Source: Cuniculiplasma divulgatum (lineage in GTDB: Archaea; Thermoplasmatota; Thermoplasmata; Thermoplasmatales; Thermoplasmataceae). From it: a DNA stretch of 32,000 bases. Below, piece after piece: positions 28,032-32,000 of this stretch. Both the position numbers and the translations under genes were made by a program. The notes under the pieces were generated by a model. It saw only the letters and a program-made list of their open reading frames with translations, was not told the origin of the DNA and did not search any database. The stretch is from the NCBI RefSeq assembly GCF_900083515.1, contig NZ_LT671858.1, forward strand, positions 510,001 through 542,000, read 5' to 3'. The first letter of the stretch is position 1. Every line of letters starts with the position of its first letter.

Positions 28032-28066
28032 TCAGCAGGTCGGGGGTTCAAATCCCTCCAGCGGCT
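27994..28066 (+). tRNA. tRNA-Thr (anticodon CGU)
   Basis: Hand-folded cloverleaf. Acceptor GCCGCTG/CAGCGGC. D arm GCTT-AGTTGGT-AGAGC. Anticodon stem GCTGA/TCAGC with loop TT-CGT-AA. Variable loop AGGTC. T arm GGGGG-TTCAAAT-CCCTC. Discriminator T. No encoded CCA. Confidence 0.9.
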
Positions 28067-28277
28067 TAGTTCAAAATAGGCAAATCGGCCCATAAACTTA
28101 ATAAATGTTTTTTGAAGGTTTTACACACGTTTATAGTTTCCGATGGCAACACGAATTCACCATCCTCTATTATTACGTATTATTATAGAGATTACCACAT
28201 GGACTTCAAACTTTCATTTAAGGTGATTCCTAAGTTGTTTCACGTTACCAAGGTGTGATTACAAGTCCTACCAATAT

Positions 28278-28640
28278 TCATTCTGGACTCAGGAATCGTG
28301 AGACAATCTGGTCATATGGTTCCTCAAAGGAGTCCAACAGTAGCTTATATCCCTTTCTCTTCATCTCCTCCGATGCTTTTTTAATGTCCTCTACTTCAAA
28401 CTCTAGCCACACTTGGGGTTTAGGTATATCTAACGACCAAATTTTAGTTCCGAAGCAATCCTCCGCCGAAAGAGAGAGCGGCCAAATAGCAAACCCTTTT
28501 GAGCCCTCGACATTTTGGGCATGCATATATCCTCTACCATATTCATTAAATTTGATCTCCAAATCCTCTGCATAGAGTTTTCTAGTTGAAGACAGGTCAT
28601 CTGGAATTGGTCAGAATCCAGTTATGAATAATACTTTCAT
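28278..28640 (-). pseudogene. Glyoxalase/VOC-family-like gene with an in-frame TGA at codon 10
   Basis: The minus strand reads ATG AAA GTA TTA TTC ATA ACT GGA TTC TGA CCA ATT..., which translates as MKVLFITGF*PIPDDLSSTRKLYAEDLEIKFNEYGRG.... It continues in the same frame into track ORF 28278-28562. The C-terminal part (VWLEFEVEDIKKASEEMKRKGYKLL....EPYDQIV..F.SPE) looks VOC-like. Confidence 0.5.
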
Positions 28641-29135
28641 TGGATAAACTAAACCTCTAGCTATAATAAATGTATACACATTTTCATGCTTGTTGATTGA
28701 TGATTCCCGAACTTCCTTCTGCCTCTTGGTAATCCCCCCAAGAACTCCCTTCCGTTCTGCATTATTACCTTTCTCAGCTTATGCTACTCCAGCAGCATCT
28801 TCTACAGAGTATTTATTCCATAGTCCGGATGATCTTATTTGTGTCAGGATTATTCATCAGATAGATATTGAAATGAGGTTCACGAACATCTCCCTTTCCA
28901 GTGCATCCATGCCTTGAACCCTTACTGGTTCCTATCCTGTAAATGTCTTGGATGACATGAAGAGCTTCTCTACAGTACCTCTTATCCTCAAATGGAATTT
29001 GAAATCGTTTAAGGACATTTCAAACTAAGGGGGCACTTTATGCTATTTACAGAGGCAATTGAAATCAATGTCGATTCCAATCAGGAAAAAAGCAACAAAA
29101 ATTTTTAATACACAGATATGTATGTATATCTACAT

Positions 29136-29351
29136 ATGTCCACCAAAAACATTGCACTCAGAGATGACGTATACAAAAAATTGAAAGAGGTAAAAGGGCC
29201 AAACGAGAGCTTTAGTGATGCAATAGAAGAGTTGTTGAAAAGGAAAGGAAGTCTCTTACCTCTTTGGAGTTCATTATCTGAATCAGAGGCCATTGACCTG
29301 ATTGAGACAGACTTAAAGGCAATTAGAAATGGAGCTAAGATTAGAGCATGA
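29136..29351 (+). CDS. vapB: VapB-type antitoxin (COG1753-like archaeal antitoxin)
   Basis: MSTKNIALRDDVYKKLKEVKGPNESFSDAIEELL matches the archaeal 'KTI.l.ddvY..L...K...eSFSd.I..Ll' antitoxin N-terminus. ATGA overlap with the PIN gene. The ATG at 29136 is preferred to 29118. Confidence 0.75.
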   Translation: MSTKNIALRDDVYKKLKEVKGPNESFSDAIEELLKRKGSLLPLWSSLSESEAIDLIETDLKAIRNGAKIRA

Positions 29352-29749
29352 TTCTTTTTGACACTTCAGCCATAATAGATTTCTTAAAAGGTGGAGTGAA
29401 AACCAAGTCTATAGTGGAGGAAATAGAGAGTAATCGGGAGAGCGTATATACTACAGTAATTTCTCAATATGAACTATTTACCCCAGTTTTTCACAAGGGA
29501 ATGAAAGTTGAGGAGAGGAATATTAGGAGTTTTCTCAGACGATCTATTGTATTTCCACTTGATCAGAATTCTGCCGAAGAGGCATCTCGCATAATGGGAA
29601 GACTATTTAAACTTGGTCTTCCAATTAATGCACTTGATACTCTGATAGCTGGCATTGCGATCGAAACGGGAACAGATAGAATAGTTACACTTGATCGAGA
29701 TTTTATACAGATTGCAAAGGTAACTGACCTTGACATGATAATCATATAA
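29348..29749 (+). CDS. vapC: VapC toxin, PIN-domain ribonuclease
   Basis: ILFDTSAIIDFL (first acidic residue), QYELF, ALDTLIAGIA and TLDRDF give the PIN acidic quartet spacing. 133 aa. Confidence 0.85.
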   Translation: MILFDTSAIIDFLKGGVKTKSIVEEIESNRESVYTTVISQYELFTPVFHKGMKVEERNIRSFLRRSIVFPLDQNSAEEASRIMGRLFKLGLPINALDTLIAGIAIETGTDRIVTLDRDFIQIAKVTDLDMIII

Positions 29750-29870
29750 AACTTCAGATGGAGTAACTTGATACATTGCCACTAAATCCTGAACCTGAAA
29801 CTTTAAGGAAATAGAAAGTTTCCAGATAAATCAATTTCTCCTCTCTAAAGACGCATATGTTTGTAATTAT

Positions 29871-29908
29871 TAATCAGCAGGTCTGAGGTTAAAATCCATC
29901 CGATGGCT
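29871..29908 (+). repeat. Degenerate direct repeat of the tRNA-Thr 3' half (att-like remnant)
   Basis: TAATCAGCAGGTCTGAGGTTAAAATCCATCCGATGGCT aligns without gaps to 28029-28066, TAATCAGCAGGTCGGGGGTTCAAATCCCTCCAGCGGCT. 31 of 38 positions are identical and the first 13 are perfect. No tRNA 5' half lies upstream of it. Confidence 0.75.
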
Positions 29909-30268
29909 CTTTTCTTACTTTCCGAAGTTTCATACATTCAACAAAGGTCCATTTACAATGAAATTAATTGTATAATCTAAACTAAAACAATATATCCCGA
30001 AAAAAAGGTTGAAGCAGATTACGAATAGTTAGACCTTAAAAAGAGGTTCCACCAGAAGCTATCTGAAGTATGCATGAAAACAGAAAACGGATGAAATAAA
30101 AAAACGTTTGAAAAATTCATATTAGTCTTTAAAATACCTTTAGCTAGCACTAACACACTGGATAGTTGTTAACGAAGTCATTTTCTCAAGGCAATCAGCA
30201 TTGCTTGCTGGTAGAAGAATAAAGCCGGAGTTTATATATTCTCTAGTTATGGACGAAGGGTAAAGCAG

Positions 30269-30577
30269 ATGAGTGGTGATGGAGTTCAAAAGAAAGGCAC
30301 CTATTGTAAATCCGATGCTTCAGGCGTTATTCCCAGGGTGGACCCGGCAAAATGTGAAGCGAAGGGTGAATGTGTAAAAGTCTGCCCATATGAGGTTTTT
30401 GAAATCAGACCCAGAACATCCAGTGAAATTTCAGGTCTGAATTTTCTCGGACGCATAAAAGCAAGGGCTCACGGAAACAGGATTGCCGGCACTCCTGGTC
30501 TGGACAGATGTCACTCTTGCAGCGATTGCGTTACGGCATGCCCTGAGAAAGCAATAAGATTGGAGCCGAGAAACTGA
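30269..30577 (+). CDS. Small 2x[4Fe-4S]-type ferredoxin-domain protein
   Basis: CEAKGECVKVCP and CHSCSDCVTACP cluster motifs in 102 aa. The gene is visibly more G+C-rich than its surroundings. Confidence 0.7.
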   Translation: MSGDGVQKKGTYCKSDASGVIPRVDPAKCEAKGECVKVCPYEVFEIRPRTSSEISGLNFLGRIKARAHGNRIAGTPGLDRCHSCSDCVTACPEKAIRLEPRN

Positions 30578-31382
30578 TGGCATCCCGCGGAGCCATCTTT
30601 ACATGAACCGGATACCAACAGGAAAGGCAACAGCTGATCCATGCATATGACGAATCACATTGGGAAATCCTCGAAATGACCGTCCCGTTATGAATGAAGC
30701 CTGGATAAACAATATCATCCAGAATAAGAAATGGCAGCTTCATTCTTTATTGACTTCCCTGTCTGAGTTTCTAGATAATATCTGTCTGCTCTCTATGGAT
30801 TTTTTGCTAAATTCAAATATCATTTTCTGGATTACTATCTGGAAACTCTTTCATACTGTTATTCCCGAAAGGTATGAGAGTATGATCCTCAGGAAGAAGC
30901 CAGATGTGCCATCGTAACAATTCGGCAGGTAAATCCTCACCACGAAGGCCATGGTTTAGACAAAAATTCAGTTTCAATAATACAGGGAGAGCTTATAAAC
31001 GAAATTGATGGCGATCTAGGCAAATGGACAAGTTCTGTCCAGGTTTTTCCTTATTTGGTCAAGGAGAATTCCAAAAATGATTTGGATACTAGTGGAATCA
31101 ATGAAATGGATCGTTATGATTAAATTCTAAGATGAGGATTCTAATCTTTACATCATAAGGGAGATTCTTCTTCCTTTCCTCGCACATATAATAATATCTA
31201 ACTTTAAGTCTATAAATCCTGGTTCAATATATTGGGAGACACTTCTGGTGATATATTTTTGGTTATTTTCATCTATAAGATTATACTTTTTATTATCCCC
31301 ATCAAAAAAAGTAATATTCTTTTTAAGCATACCATACAGAATTTCATAATAAATAAAGAAAAAATTTGATGATCTGAATATA

Positions 31383-32000
31383 ATGATTGAAAGTTTTGGA
31401 GTATTCTCTTTGATAGGTATAATTACCGGAGTTCTAACCGGAATTACAGGCTCAAGTGGTGTAATTGTTGTTGTTCCCGCAATGACTTTTCTGGGATATA
31501 GTTTCCATATTGCAGTTGGCACTAGTCTTCTAGTAGATGTGATAACAACTTCATCCGTTGTTTATGTGTATTCCAGAGGAAAGAGAATTGACTGGAGGAT
31601 AGGATTAATTCTTGGTGGTGGAGCCCTTATAGGTGCTCAAATAGGTGCACACGTAGCAATTTTCATAAGTGACAGACCACTTGAAATAGTATTCACAATA
31701 ATGGCATTATTGATGGCAGCGCAATCCTTTAGAAGGGCAAAGAAAGGTCTTTCTCTGACCAGAAAGCAGATTTCTCATCCATATCTGGCAGGATTGGTAA
31801 TCAGTATACCAATAGGAATACTAGCCGGCACTCTGGGAACAAGTGGAGGAATTATGTTCATCGCAGTAATGATGATTCTCTATTCCATGGATCCAAAAAC
31901 TATGGTGGGTACTGCAACATTAGCCATGTTTGTATCTGCCATAAGCGGATCCACAGGTTATTTCCTTCTCAATAGTATTGACATTTTTGGAGGTATACTA
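31383..32000 (+). CDS. TauE/SafE (DUF81) family membrane permease, 3' end beyond the window
   Basis: The frame is open from the ATG at 31383 to the window end, so it is absent from the track because it has no stop. It reads MIESFGVFSLIGIITGVLTGITGSSGVIVVVPAMTFLGYSFHIAVGTSLLVDV...GGGALIGAQIGA...GTLGTSGGIMFIAVMM, the typical duplicated DUF81 TM repeats. Confidence 0.8.
   Translation, partial: MIESFGVFSLIGIITGVLTGITGSSGVIVVVPAMTFLGYSFHIAVGTSLLVDVITTSSVVYVYSRGKRIDWRIGLILGGGALIGAQIGAHVAIFISDRPLEIVFTIMALLMAAQSFRRAKKGLSLTRKQISHPYLAGLVISIPIGILAGTLGTSGGIMFIAVMMILYSMDPKTMVGTATLAMFVSAISGSTGYFLLNSIDIFGGIL

Larger units (their letters stand above)
28067..29909. mobile_element. Putative relic of a tRNA-integrated element, bounded by tRNA-Thr and a degenerate copy of its 3' half. 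No integrase is recognisable.
   Basis: A same-orientation repeat of the tRNA 3' half lies at both ends. The interior holds a nonsense-mutated gene, start-less ORF fragments and a vapBC module, and coding density is low. Confidence 0.4.

Noticed and set aside
28690-28917. 75-aa plus-strand ORF in the island
   Set aside because: It has no recognisable features and a Pro/Ser/Leu-rich composition. It is antisense to more protein-like (though broken) minus-strand frames, so it is likely spurious.
30531-30917. Track ORFs 30531-30743 (minus) and 30660-30917 (plus)
   Set aside because: They overlap each other and the ferredoxin 3' end. They show no motifs and have implausible composition, so I treat them as part of a decayed or non-coding stretch.
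31148-31522. 124-aa minus-strand ORF
   Set aside because: Its 5' third is antisense to the clearly genuine TauE/SafE gene starting at 31383. Only a 60-codon remainder (from the Met at 31327) could be real, and nothing supports it.
1-32000. CRISPR arrays, rRNA genes, and intact IS elements, transposases or integrases
   Set aside because: I saw no regularly spaced direct repeats, no rRNA-like sequence, and no ORF with DDE/HUH transposase or tyrosine/serine recombinase motifs on either strand.

Overview
The window is AT-rich, densely coded archaeal chromosome. The archaeal assignment rests on a TATA-box-binding protein, an archaeal-type TruD, an archaeal-type PPAT and CoaBC, TATA-like boxes about 30 nt upstream of many start codons, and frequent 4-11 nt gene overlaps. 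The gene content looks Thermoplasmatales/Ferroplasma-like, but that is an inference I cannot verify here.

Most of 1-28,000 is housekeeping and respiratory metabolism:
- CoA biosynthesis: coaD at the left edge, and a thioesterase-coaBC-CN-hydrolase operon.
- Futalosine-route menaquinone genes: mqnC, mqnE, mqnA.
- guaB and pyruvate,phosphate dikinase.
- A divergent glycerol-3-phosphate dehydrogenase / glycerophosphodiesterase pair.
- Cytochrome bd oxidase, a sulfide:quinone-reductase-like flavoprotein, and trmB-nfo-DUF1015.

Observations that stand out:
1. A five-gene cluster at 8.7-12.9 kb has no recognisable family for three of its products. It encodes a secreted 14-Cys protein with an aerolysin-like amphipathic Gly/Ser hairpin, two N-terminally anchored, sequon-rich Cys-containing proteins, and an ABC-2 exporter.
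2. Both cytochrome bd subunits are interrupted by single-nucleotide frameshifts at homopolymer runs.
3. tRNA-Thr(CGU) at 27,994-28,066 has its 3' half repeated degenerately (31/38) 1.8 kb downstream. The two copies bracket a decayed island with a vapBC module, a nonsense-mutated VOC gene and start-less gene remnants.
4. The DUF1015 reading frame terminates inside the anticodon loop of that tRNA.
5. PPAT carries an unassigned C-terminal domain that resembles YjjX/DUF84.

Beyond the tRNA (28-31.4 kb) coding density collapses, and a visibly more G+C-rich ferredoxin gene sits there. No CRISPR array, rRNA or intact transposase/integrase was seen.
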